The translations under genes and the position numbers were made by a program. From assembly GCA_965197745.1 (NCBI GenBank), contig CBDANS010000006.1:832001-896000 (forward strand): a stretch of 64,000 bases of DNA, given 5' to 3'. The notes below the pieces were generated by a model. It saw only the letters and a list, made by a program, of their open reading frames with translations. It did not search any database and was not told the origin of the DNA. Source of the DNA: Opitutales bacterium (GTDB lineage: Bacteria > Verrucomicrobiota > Verrucomicrobiia > Opitutales > PNEW01). Below, in pieces: positions 1 to 9,979 of the stretch (position 1 is its first letter; every line of letters begins with the position of its first letter).

Positions 1-456
1 CTTACTGCAGGCGAAAGAGGTCCAGCGGAAAACGGTGACTTTGCCGTAGTTTCACTCTCAGAAGATTTTTTTAATGAGACCGAACCCATTTCAACTCAAA
101 AGATTGAGGGAAGAAATGAACGCGTTCGGTTTCAGTTTGAAGAGATTAGTGGTCGCTATTTGGTTTTACGCTGGCAACCCGATGAGGGTAACATACAGGG
201 CCTAAGAATTTATGAAATCAGTATGCTCGGTGAAGTGCCGACAAATGAAGTTCTCTTAACCAGAGTACCCATTTTTGAATTCAGCCCCTCTGAAGGTGTA
301 ATCGATGTGGATACCGGCACGTCTGAAACTGAAGTCATACCCGAAACACCTACTGAAATTATCGTCCCTCCGCCACCCGATCCCGACCCTGATCCAGACC
401 CCGATCCAGGTGGTCCACCTGAACCCCCACCGGATCCACCGCCCGTAAGCAATTGA
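1..456 (+). CDS. 3' part of a probably exported protein: discoidin/galactose-binding-like beta-sandwich end followed by a Pro/Asp-rich tail (5' truncated by the window edge)
   Basis: Frame 1 is open from base 1 (LTAGERGPAENGDF...GRYLVLRWQP...LRIYEISMLG), resembling the end of F5/8-type-C-like domains. It ends PPPPDPDPDPDPDPGGPPEPPPDPPPVSN. Confidence 0.6.
   Translation, partial: LTAGERGPAENGDFAVVSLSEDFFNETEPISTQKIEGRNERVRFQFEEISGRYLVLRWQPDEGNIQGLRIYEISMLGEVPTNEVLLTRVPIFEFSPSEGVIDVDTGTSETEVIPETPTEIIVPPPPDPDPDPDPDPGGPPEPPPDPPPVSN
367..444 (+). repeat. Low-complexity coding repeat (Pro-Asp)n / poly-Pro
   Basis: Imperfect 6-bp units (gatccc/gaccct/gatcca/gacccc) encode PDPDPDPDPD within a Pro-rich tail. 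Confidence 0.8.
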
Positions 457-497
457 CCGGCTGATTTATCTGAATTCTTAAAGAGCGAAGAATATCC

Positions 498-2170
498 CTA
501 CATCAGCTTTTGCATCAATATTCGCTCCTGTGGTAAAAGCTTTTCCGGTTTGACGCCGTCGATTATCTGCTTTGCTTCATCGTAGCGTTCATTGGCCTGA
601 TATACTAATGCCGCTATTACCCGCCATCGCGGTTGAACACTAATCCAATTTATTTGCAAACCATCTAAAAGTCGCAGGGCGTCCTTGTTATTGCCAAAGC
701 GCAGATAACCCAGGGCCAGGGTGACGCGATGCGCGAGATACCGGGGGTTTTCCAAAACCATCGCTCTCGCTTTTTCAGTCGAGACAGAAACTTTTTCACC
801 GAGGAGCAGATTCAAGTAGGCAATGTCGTTTAAGACCGCGGGTTCATCCGGATATACTTTACCCATACGTTCGAGGATATCGCGCATTGCGACCGTTTGC
901 CCGGTCTGTTGCTCAAGTCTGAGGAGTGCTTCATAAGCACGTCGCATACTTGAAGGTATTTCTGTCAATTTATTCAGGGCGGTCCGTGCGTAAGCGTTCA
1001 ACTGAAGACGCAATGAATACTCTACAACAAACCAGAGTTTCTCCGGATCACGAGAGACTGACAACAAGACTTTATCCCATTCGAGATTGGCACGGCGCAC
1101 TTGTTCAGCTTCCAGATAAACACGCATTTTAAATAAATTATTTATATAGGGTTCGATGGGGACGTTGGGTGAGTCGAGAATTTCTCCAATCGCTTCCCAC
1201 TGGTTTGTCATGGCCATAGCATCGATGCGAATAAGAAATAAGTCCTGTCGCTTGAGAGCCATTTCTGGACTTATTAAAGTCATGGATTGTGCGTATAGTT
1301 TCTCTTTATTCAGCCAGCGTCCTAACTCGGCCAGCTCTTCATCGTGTTGTATAGCAAACAATTTTTTCGATTCCTCGAGAATATCATCAAGATCAACACC
1401 GGGCAATCGGAGCATTAGTTTAAGTCGAAGCAACTTTTCTTCCATGCCCGCATGGGGATGTAATTCCAGCATATTAATGATTTCCTGCAAATCGCCTGCG
1501 AGGATATTGGGAGCACGTGACAGATTGCGTAACGCCGATAATCCCAGTGCATCCTGTCGCTTAGCCAATTCCCACAAGTATTGTAAACCTTCACGTCGCA
1601 CATTGGATTGAGGCGATAGTTGAGTGAGCTGGACATAAAAAAATGCGCATCTTCTGGAATGACTTCGTGCGTTACGAGCTGACGGGCTGCTTCAATTGAT
1701 TCATGAACTTTATTCTGACTGGCGAGTAAACGGGCTTTTAGGTATAATAACCCAGAATCGGTTTTAAGCTCTTGCGAAAAAAAGGAAAGCTGCTCTTCCA
1801 CAAGCTCTAATAGCCCCGTGGCAAGAGCCGCTTTGGCAAGACCTATACGGTCATCGCGCGCCCCGTTGCTCAGTTTTACCGATTCTTTCCAAAAAGGCAG
1901 CGATTTATAAGGATCGGTTTCGCTGTAGATCCGCGCTACTGCACGCACCACTTCGAGAACATGAGGAGCTAAATTATAAGCAGCACGCGCTTTTTCCCAG
2001 GCTTCTGCACGGTCTTCATCTTCTTCAAATATCGCTATCGCTTGCGCCGATAGTTGACGCGCCCGCCATTCCTTGAATTCCCGATATATAGGTTTGGCCA
2101 GAAAGAATGCCGCGAGGAGGATGACCCCAATACCAATGGGGATGGCAATCTTCTTCCGAAAAAAATTCAT
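498..2170 (-). pseudogene. Membrane-anchored TPR-like helical-repeat protein split by a 1-bp frameshift at A7 (1637-1643)
   Basis: ORFs 1415..2170 (N-terminal TM helix) and 498..1601 join into one 557-aa frame (...DAHFFYVQLTQLSPQSNVRREGLQY...) if the T7 run on the coding strand is T8. Confidence 0.75.
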
Positions 2171-2216
2171 GGGAATATCTGTTTTCCCTCGTTCCGTCCC
2201 TTAAACACTAGACGCA

Positions 2217-3083
2217 TTAATTATCCTTAATTGATTTTTTCAGTTCAAACGATTTAGCCTCATTAAGAAATTCGTAATAGCCGTGCAGGCGTGCGAAGTA
2301 ATAGCCTTCTTTACCATCGAGAAATCCACCCTGTAAAAGATAAATGTAAAGAAAGCGAAGCCATGGCCTGAAAGGAAGTCTTCTTGATAATCCTTTTAAA
2401 CGTCGGCGAAAATTAGCAGCTGAATTTTGCAGTGTTGAATTGCTGGAGCCTGTAGCACGATCAAGTGCCACTCGCGCTTCCCAGTTTGAATAGCGATTGT
2501 GTTTTTCAACAAATGTCGCGATATTGGGGAAAGCGTAATGATTCATTTCAGTTTTAAGGTGTCCGGTATCACCTTGAATAATGACATGCTCATGCACTTC
2601 ATTATCACCACTATCCGTAGCTAAATCTGTCAGCTTTTCATAACTTCCCAATTGGTGTTTAAAGAAGCGTAAATTCCAATTGGGGTAATAGGCATGCTTA
2701 AGCCACTTGCCCATAAAGTAGAAACGCCTATTTATCCAGTATCCGGCCATGGGTTCGTTCTGATTAGCCACTATCTTTCTGATTTCTTCTTCAGCGCCTG
2801 GCTCAAGGGCTTCATCTGCATCAATAATAAACACCCATTGGTGATTAAATGAGAGGTTTTCAAGAGCCCAGTTTTTCTTTTTCGGCCAGGTCCCGTTAAA
2901 TTGAAATTGTACCACTTCAGCGTTATATTTTTTTGCGATTTCTTGAGTATCATCTATACTTTGAGAATCCACGACAAAGATCTCGTCAGCCCAATCAATT
3001 GATTGGAGACAGCGCTCTAAATTGAGGCTTTCATTTTTTACCGGAATTAAAACTGAAAGGGGTACTTTCTTCGTATGACCCAT
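2217..3083 (-). CDS. Glycosyltransferase family 2 (beta-1,4-glucosyltransferase-like)
   Basis: LSVLIPVKNE, VDSQSID, IDADE (DxD) and EVHEH motifs, with a C-terminal GFLDGKEG. Confidence 0.9.
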   Translation of the reverse strand: MGHTKKVPLSVLIPVKNESLNLERCLQSIDWADEIFVVDSQSIDDTQEIAKKYNAEVVQFQFNGTWPKKKNWALENLSFNHQWVFIIDADEALEPGAEEEIRKIVANQNEPMAGYWINRRFYFMGKWLKHAYYPNWNLRFFKHQLGSYEKLTDLATDSGDNEVHEHVIIQGDTGHLKTEMNHYAFPNIATFVEKHNRYSNWEARVALDRATGSSNSTLQNSAANFRRRLKGLSRRLPFRPWLRFLYIYLLQGGFLDGKEGYYFARLHGYYEFLNEAKSFELKKSIKDN

Positions 3084-3151
3084 ACTATTATTTATAATGG
3101 TGTAATACTAAACTGCAATGTTTTTACCAATGGATTGAAGGATTACAATTG

Positions 3152-4153
3152 TTAATGGGCAGCGCCAGTATTGCGCAGATGTTCCACCAGTTGATCAAGT
3201 CCTGTCTCTATGTCGATCGCAGGTTCATATTTCAGATCTCTGCGCGCTGCATCAATTTTGAAATAATGGTTCTTTGCCAGTTCAACGGCAAGAAAGCGTG
3301 TCATCGGAGGTTCCTGGCTCTGGCCAACAATTTTATAAAGACTCTCAAAGAGTAGGCCCATGGCATAGGCCTTCTTAAGTGTTACCTTTTTCTGCACCGT
3401 CGGGATTTTAAGACGCTTAAGTAATCCATTTATCCATTCCCAGAGTAATACCGGCTGCCCTTGTGAAATAAAATATGCTTTCCCGCCAGCCATTCCTTTT
3501 TCTAAAGCATCTTGTGCCAGAAGATGGGCGGCAGCAGCATTTTCAACATGCGTTATATCGACACGGTTATGACCATTCCCAATGACACGCAATCGCCCTG
3601 CTTGAGCGCGGTCAATTATACGCGGGATAAGATGGGGATCGCCTATTCCCCACATCAGGTGCGGTCGCAATGCGATGGTTCGCAATTGACAAGCCCCATC
3701 TGCTTCAAGAATTTCACTTTCCGCGATGGCTTTAGTATGAGCATAATGGCAAATCCAATTTCGACCGTAAGGCAATGATTCATCCGCTCCCTCAAACGAA
3801 TCACCATTAAATACTACGCTCGGGGTACTTGTGTATATGAGCCGAGAAACATTATGCTCTTTACAGGCTTTTATTACATTCCGCGTAGCTAACACATTGG
3901 TATTATAATAGCTGTCCCAGCTACCCCAGATACCCGCCTTAGCGGCAACATGAAAAACTACATGGACCTCCCTGCATGCATCTCTGACAAGATCAAAATT
4001 TTGTATATCTCCCCGATGGACAAATACCCCTTGGTCTTCCAAATCTGGTTGTGGAGATCGGCCCAGTATCGCAATCTCATATTTTCGCTCATGTAATTTT
4101 TTAACAAGATAACGTCCGAGAAATCCACCTCCTCCTGTTACCAATACTTTCAT
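3152..4153 (-). CDS. oleD: OleD-like 2-alkyl-3-oxoalkanoate reductase (3-beta-HSD/extended SDR family)
   Basis: TGGGGFLG, HVAAKAGIWG, YTSTPSVVF, YAHTK (YxxxK) and LRPHLMWG.GDPHL motifs. It overlaps oleC by 4 bp. Confidence 0.85.
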   Translation of the reverse strand: MKVLVTGGGGFLGRYLVKKLHERKYEIAILGRSPQPDLEDQGVFVHRGDIQNFDLVRDACREVHVVFHVAAKAGIWGSWDSYYNTNVLATRNVIKACKEHNVSRLIYTSTPSVVFNGDSFEGADESLPYGRNWICHYAHTKAIAESEILEADGACQLRTIALRPHLMWGIGDPHLIPRIIDRAQAGRLRVIGNGHNRVDITHVENAAAAHLLAQDALEKGMAGGKAYFISQGQPVLLWEWINGLLKRLKIPTVQKKVTLKKAYAMGLLFESLYKIVGQSQEPPMTRFLAVELAKNHYFKIDAARRDLKYEPAIDIETGLDQLVEHLRNTGAAH

Positions 4154-5826
4154 GATGATAAATAATATATAAAATTCTTTTTATTATATCTCCGCGCTAA
4201 TGTGAGGCGGTGGATTTTCGCATTGTGCCGAACATCAACAGGTAAAGTTTTTTGGATAAAGAACCGATCAATACTTCGCGTAGTTTTGTGACCATCACCC
4301 AGCTCTCTAAGTTCTGCTATCAATCTATGCCGCTGCGTGGCTTTATCAGGATATTTATCTTTTTCAGGTTCTACGACTATAGCCGGAGTTTGTTCTCCGG
4401 GCTCACCTAACCCGATAAGGGCGGTCCTGAAAACTGCTGAATGCTGATTAAATATAGCTTCACAACAATCGGTGAATAGATCCCCCTCGGACGTGCGCAC
4501 GCGTTCAGCCATTCTTCCGCAAAACCAGAGTCGTTCCTCATCGTCAATATACCCCAAGTCTCCCATCCGGTGCCAGATCTCACCCTCGTCATCAATCTTT
4601 GCCCATCGTGTCTTTTCTCTTTGGAAATCATACTCCTTCGTTACCACGGATCCTCTAACGATAATTTCCCCTATGGTTCCACGCGGAACTTCAAGATCGG
4701 GAGCCCATTTTTCAATCGGCTTTTCCATGATTTGAATTACCCGCACGGAAATTTCCGGCAGTGGTTTGCCCACGCAAGTCCCCCTTCCCTGGCGCGTGAG
4801 AGCCCAAGTCTCCTTCAATATTTCTGGTCCGCTTATGGATGAAATGGGCAGGCACTCTGTTGCACCGTAGGGGGTGTAAATAGTACCATGGGGAAGCGTT
4901 TTTTTAAATTCTTCAATAAGTGAAGGCGAGACCGGCGCGCCAGCCATAAGCACCCGCTTTACTGTCGGTAAACTGACTTTATACTCCATGCAGTGTCGAC
5001 TGATTCTAGACCAAACCGCGGGAGAACCAAAACTGTTTGTCACCTCACACTGAATTATTGACTGCACAATTTTAAGCGGATTTATAGTGGCCGGTTGACT
5101 GGGATTCATCTCCGGCACTACTGTCGTCATACCAAGCGCAGGATTGAAAAGAGCAAAGATCGGTAACAAGGGGAGATCTATCTCCCCGCGCTTGATCTCA
5201 TATTGTTCTCTAATCAGTCGCACTTGTGCCTCAAACATACCATGTTCGTAGCATACCCCTTTAGGGGGCCCCGTTGACCCCGAAGTAAAAAGGATAGCCG
5301 CGAGGTCATTACGGTGGGTTATCGCCATCTTGTAAGATTCGCTCCCCTTACATTCACCCCGGGTCCGTGATTTAGCTTGTCTGAAATGATTGCTTTCAGA
5401 ATTAATCCTGGTGCGAAGTTTAGATAAATAGGGGAAAAATAAACGGCTTAACCATTGCGCCTTGGGAATACCGATAAGTATATCCGGTTCCGATTGACGT
5501 AAGCAGTTGAGGAAATGCTTCAACCGCATACCAGGATCAATCAGGATGGGAACTGCCCCGATTTTAAAAAGGGCAAAGCTTGTCATTATGAAATCAATTC
5601 CCGGCTTTAATAAAAGCAGAACGCGATTGCCGCGACCTACCTTGCGCCGGGATAAGTATCGTGAAATATTATCACAGCCTTTATTCAATTCTGAAAAGCT
5701 AAGTTCATTATAAATTATAATTCCATCCGGATTACATCCCTGGGGCACTTTAATGGCACAACTTCCCGGTGCCTCACGCGCCATTAAAGAAAGATAACGT
5801 GCTACGTTAGAATGTTCTTCTGTCAT
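4150..5826 (-). CDS. oleC: OleC-like olefin beta-lactone synthetase (ANL adenylate-forming family)
   Basis: LIDPGM, AAILFTSGSTGPPKGV, TPYGATE, WHRMGDLG, LWFCGR and PVDVRHNAKI motifs typical of OleC. It is adjacent to oleD. Confidence 0.85.
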   Translation of the reverse strand: MTEEHSNVARYLSLMAREAPGSCAIKVPQGCNPDGIIIYNELSFSELNKGCDNISRYLSRRKVGRGNRVLLLLKPGIDFIMTSFALFKIGAVPILIDPGMRLKHFLNCLRQSEPDILIGIPKAQWLSRLFFPYLSKLRTRINSESNHFRQAKSRTRGECKGSESYKMAITHRNDLAAILFTSGSTGPPKGVCYEHGMFEAQVRLIREQYEIKRGEIDLPLLPIFALFNPALGMTTVVPEMNPSQPATINPLKIVQSIIQCEVTNSFGSPAVWSRISRHCMEYKVSLPTVKRVLMAGAPVSPSLIEEFKKTLPHGTIYTPYGATECLPISSISGPEILKETWALTRQGRGTCVGKPLPEISVRVIQIMEKPIEKWAPDLEVPRGTIGEIIVRGSVVTKEYDFQREKTRWAKIDDEGEIWHRMGDLGYIDDEERLWFCGRMAERVRTSEGDLFTDCCEAIFNQHSAVFRTALIGLGEPGEQTPAIVVEPEKDKYPDKATQRHRLIAELRELGDGHKTTRSIDRFFIQKTLPVDVRHNAKIHRLTLARRYNKKNFIYYLSS

Positions 5827-5971
5827 ATAAAATTAATCTGCGAAACGTTTTAACGCCAATGACAACAAGTAATAAATAATGCATTAAATTTGGAATGAGA
5901 CTGTTCAGGATACCTGCAATCTTTAATAATATAAGCACTTTAAAGAGAAGAAGAAATCAATCGACTGAGAA

Positions 5972-7114
5972 CTAGGATTGAATTGATGCAGTTAAGGCAC
6001 CGAATATCTTTTCGGCTTTATCCAAGGCTGTTTCCAGAGTATGATCAAGGACGCAGAAATGACCCATTTTTCGCCCCGCGCGGGGCGTTCCCTTATCGTA
6101 AAGATGAAGTTTTACGGCTGGATCTTTAAGCATAATATTCCATTCAGGTTCGCCGCGTTTCCATAAATCACCGAGAAGGTTGACCATTACGACGGGGGTG
6201 AGAAGGGCTGTAGAACCCAATGGGAGTCCACAAACTGATCGCACATGCTGCTCAAATTGACTTGTTAAACAGGCATCAAAACTGTAATGACCTGAATTAT
6301 GTGGTCGGGGAGCAAGTTCATTCACAAACCATTTATTGTCCTCCGTGAGAAAAAATTCCACGGCTAACAACCCTACGAGGTCGAGCGCTTCAGCAATTTC
6401 ACAGGTGATTTCCTCCGCTTCACGCTGCTTATCCGCTTCAATGCGTGCGGGCACGATTGAGGTATGAAGAATATGATTGTAATGGATGTTCTCGGCCAAC
6501 GGAAACGTAATTTTCTCGCCCTTCTCGCTCCTTGCGCAGATAACAGAAAACTCACCTCGGTGGGATATCCATTTTTCAACGATGCCAACATCAGCTTCAA
6601 AATGATTCCAAATAGCCTGGAGATCCGCACTCGGTGAATCTATTTTTTCCTGCCCTTTACCATCATATCCGAAAGCTGCCGTTTTAAGGACAGAAGGTAA
6701 ACCCAATCGGGAAATCGCGTCGGTAAATTCCTGAGACGAACGCACTACTTCAAAAGGAAGACAAGGGAAGCCTGATTCACTTAAAAACTCTTTTTCCCGC
6801 TGACGATGCTGACAGATGCGCAACACCCGTTGAGACGGATGCAAGGGCACCTTTTCGGCAATGACTTCGAGAGCTGAAGCGGGTATGTTTTCAAACTCGA
6901 GGGTAACAACATCAACCTCAGAAGCAAATTTCCGTAGCTTTTCGTTGTCTTCATAAGTTGCATTTACCTCGCTATCGGCTATCATGCCGGCTGCGCAACC
7001 AGCTTGAGGTTCGTAAATAACAAAACGATAACCCAATCGCCTGCCTGCAAGAATGGTCATGCGACCGAGCTGCCCACCTCCAAAAATACCTATAGTACTA
7101 CCAGGTGAGATCAT
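5972..7114 (-). CDS. purK: N5-carboxyaminoimidazole ribonucleotide synthase
   Basis: [27 protein letters not shown] and GRKMGH motifs. Confidence 0.97.
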   Translation of the reverse strand: MISPGSTIGIFGGGQLGRMTILAGRRLGYRFVIYEPQAGCAAGMIADSEVNATYEDNEKLRKFASEVDVVTLEFENIPASALEVIAEKVPLHPSQRVLRICQHRQREKEFLSESGFPCLPFEVVRSSQEFTDAISRLGLPSVLKTAAFGYDGKGQEKIDSPSADLQAIWNHFEADVGIVEKWISHRGEFSVICARSEKGEKITFPLAENIHYNHILHTSIVPARIEADKQREAEEITCEIAEALDLVGLLAVEFFLTEDNKWFVNELAPRPHNSGHYSFDACLTSQFEQHVRSVCGLPLGSTALLTPVVMVNLLGDLWKRGEPEWNIMLKDPAVKLHLYDKGTPRAGRKMGHFCVLDHTLETALDKAEKIFGALTASIQS

Positions 7115-7623
7115 GAGTCAGGCAAGTCAGTCTTAAGCACAGTAGCAGTCTGCTCCTCGCGAAAGTTGACGAGCCGATTTCGGAGTCTCTTGTTCTCTAA
7201 AGATAGTATTGCTGCTGCGCTGAGAGCGGCATTGATAGCTCCGGCTTTTCCAATGGCAAAAGTTGGCACCGGTATACCAGCAGGCATTTGCACGATGGAT
7301 AAGAGCGAATCCAATCCATTGAGTGCTCGTGACTGCACCGGAACTCCGAGAACGGGCAGTTCGGTCATCGATGCTGTCATCCCAGGAAGATGGGCGGCTC
7401 CAGCTGCTCCCGCAATAATAACCTTGAGCCCGCGACCAGCCGCTTCGTGGGCATATTTATAAAGCTTTTTGGGTGTGCGATGGGCACTGACAATTTTTTT
7501 TTCAAAAGGGATCTTTAACCCATCCAATTTTTCAGCCGCATGCCGCATTGTCTCCCAGTCTGAGGCACTGCCCATTATTAATCCAACAAGAGGTTGAATT
7601 TTGCTCTTAGTTTTTTTTGCCAT
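7111..7623 (-). CDS. purE: N5-carboxyaminoimidazole ribonucleotide mutase
   Basis: MGSASD, SAHRTP, AAHLPG and [11 protein letters not shown] motifs. It overlaps purK by 4 bp. Confidence 0.97.
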   Translation of the reverse strand: MAKKTKSKIQPLVGLIMGSASDWETMRHAAEKLDGLKIPFEKKIVSAHRTPKKLYKYAHEAAGRGLKVIIAGAAGAAHLPGMTASMTELPVLGVPVQSRALNGLDSLLSIVQMPAGIPVPTFAIGKAGAINAALSAAAILSLENKRLRNRLVNFREEQTATVLKTDLPDS

Positions 7624-7800
7624 AACTATTTTACTTAGAGAGCAATAACCTAAACGTTCTTTTTCCTCAATTCAATCACTAAGCAAAGTCTGATCTAAGA
7701 AGTATTTGCATCCGGGTTCTCCCAGAGAATGATTTTGAACCGCAGGGTATATAGTCCTTTCGTTTCTGCTCTTTTCTATTAATCGAGAATGGCCATACCA

Positions 7801-8185
7801 TTATTCTTTTTCCGGCACGTCAAAGTCGTGGATAGCTTTGCCCGCTTCTTTCGATAGAATATCCAGGGCCGTTTGCCAGTATCAGATATTCTGAATCCCG
7901 CATGGCATTGTCGCTTGCTTTGATCGAAAACTCATTGTTTGTCTTATGCACTTCCTCTACTTCTAAATCAAAAATTCGGGCCCCAAAATCGGCCACCTGC
8001 TGACGCGCGATTTTTTGAAACTCACTCCCCGTCATATGGACAATTCCCAGGTAGTTAATGAGGAGCGTGGAATGCATCGCGGTTTTATCCTGGGCAAAGA
8101 CAGTTACACTCATTCCTTTTTTGGCTAAAAAGAGAGCGGCACTTAAATCGGCCGGACCATCGCCAATAATAGTTACATCTTGCAT
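7801..8185 (-). pseudogene. Short FAD-dependent oxidoreductase (thioredoxin-reductase-like) with an internal deletion and frameshift
   Basis: It starts MQDVTIIGDGPADLSAALFLAK (a degenerate Rossmann motif). After EYLILANG it jumps, out of frame, to a family-like C-terminus ALDILSKEAGKAIHDFDVPEKE* (stop at 7801-7803). Confidence 0.7.
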
Positions 8186-8527
8186 GGTGGTAATGTGATG
8201 AGGTGTAATGATGCAATCCAATATTGCACGAGATGCATTTTGCTAGATTAATATGCGCTAGCAAGTATATTACTTGCGCCAATCCGGGTTAAGACACCGT
8301 TAGCGGAATTGTAACGTTATCCTGACATTGAACATTTCAAGGCTTCATAAATGATCCAAAAATATTCTTTCATTAAAGGGTGATTCCTTTACAATATTTT
8401 GAATAGTATAATTTCAGCGCCATTCATAACGGGATCTAATATATATCTGCACCATTTTTATCGATCTCTAAGCAATGATTAATTGTTGGCTTTTTCACGA
8501 TACGCCGAAGAGATAAATTTATAGGTT

Positions 8528-9877
8528 ATGAAAATAGTAATTGTCGGAGCCGGAGAGGTAGGCAGCTATTTATGCGGGATGTTAAGCGAGGGCTCGCACG
8601 AAGTGACGCTGATTGAATCAGCGGGGCATATCGCAAACCGCATCGATGAACAATATGATGTCCGAGTCCTGGATGGTAATGGAAGTTCAGCTGAGATTCT
8701 AAAAAAGGCCGAGGTGGACGATTGTGATTTCTTTCTTGCTATGACCAGTGACGATAAGACGAACCTGATATCAAGTTCACTAGCTAAAGTATTAGGCGCA
8801 CGAACTACGATCGCTCGCATCCATGACCAGACCTATACCGATAATTCCTACATCAATTACCAGCTTCATTTCGGTATCGACATGCTACTTAATCCTGAAG
8901 CTCTCTGCGCTGTGGAGTTGGCTAAAACTATACGCAATCCGGGGCGTGTGGCCGTGGAGAATTTCGCTCGCGGCCAAATCGAAGTGCAGCAAGTACAGAT
9001 TGCTAAGAAGTCTAAATTCATCGGAAAGAGTCTAGCGGAACTGCAACTTAATCCCAAGATGCGATTGGGAACAATTCAGCGGGGTGATACCATAGAACTG
9101 CCGACCGCCAATTCTGTTTTAGAAGTAGATGACTGGGTGACCATATTCGGACCTCCGGATGCAGTGTTAGAATCACGTGTTAATTTTAACCCTGACAGTT
9201 CGGGTGATTTTCTGCGCGTAGTATTATTTGGTGGTAGTGAAATCGCGATTGCCCTTGTCCGATTGCTCACTAACCCACGATTTAAAATTCGCATTATTGA
9301 TAGAGATCCCGAGAAATGTAACTTCCTCGCGGAAAAATTTCCCCACGTGACTGTGATCAATGGAGATGCCACACGACTGCGCGTCTTAGAAGAAGAGCAG
9401 ATTGGCAGTACTGATTACTTTATCGCCTGCACAAAAAATGATGAGAATAATATTATGACGGGTTTACAGTCATCTAAACTGGGTGCCGCTCATGTTCAAA
9501 TTGTCATCAATAAAACGGATTACGAGGAAGTCCTCAATCAGATGAAAGGTTCATTAGGTATTGAATTATCTGTCTCACCGCGTATTGCCACCGTCAATGA
9601 AGTTATGCGTTACATCTCACCCGAACCTTATACTGAGCTTGCCGACCTCCCTCATAAGGCCGGGAAAATTCTCGAATTCAGGATCAGTGGTGAATCAAAG
9701 CATACCGGCAAGTCGATTAAAAATATACCATTCCCTTTGGGAACCGTGCTCGTTGCTCTATTACATAAATTCCAAGCGGTGGTACCTGGCGCGGAGGATA
9801 CACTCCTCGAAGGAGATCGCGTTGTTTTTATCACCAAGGATGAGAACATAAAAGAACTCCTTAAATTATTCACGTAA
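8528..9877 (+). CDS. trkA: Trk potassium uptake NAD-binding subunit
   Basis: Two RCK N/C pairs, an N-terminal IVGAGEVG, 449 aa, next to trkH. Confidence 0.95.
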   Translation: MKIVIVGAGEVGSYLCGMLSEGSHEVTLIESAGHIANRIDEQYDVRVLDGNGSSAEILKKAEVDDCDFFLAMTSDDKTNLISSSLAKVLGARTTIARIHDQTYTDNSYINYQLHFGIDMLLNPEALCAVELAKTIRNPGRVAVENFARGQIEVQQVQIAKKSKFIGKSLAELQLNPKMRLGTIQRGDTIELPTANSVLEVDDWVTIFGPPDAVLESRVNFNPDSSGDFLRVVLFGGSEIAIALVRLLTNPRFKIRIIDRDPEKCNFLAEKFPHVTVINGDATRLRVLEEEQIGSTDYFIACTKNDENNIMTGLQSSKLGAAHVQIVINKTDYEEVLNQMKGSLGIELSVSPRIATVNEVMRYISPEPYTELADLPHKAGKILEFRISGESKHTGKSIKNIPFPLGTVLVALLHKFQAVVPGAEDTLLEGDRVVFITKDENIKELLKLFT

Positions 9878-9979
9878 AAATATTATACCTTGCCATAGAC
9901 ATGGTGTTTTTCGCCGACTGGTCATATCATCTTATATCTTTTGATTCTATTAGCGGGCACCTGAAATTATTAAATTGAG

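Noticed and set aside
210..452. Gly/Ser-rich ORF on the minus strand
   Set aside because: It is the antisense shadow of the Pro/Asp-rich tail.
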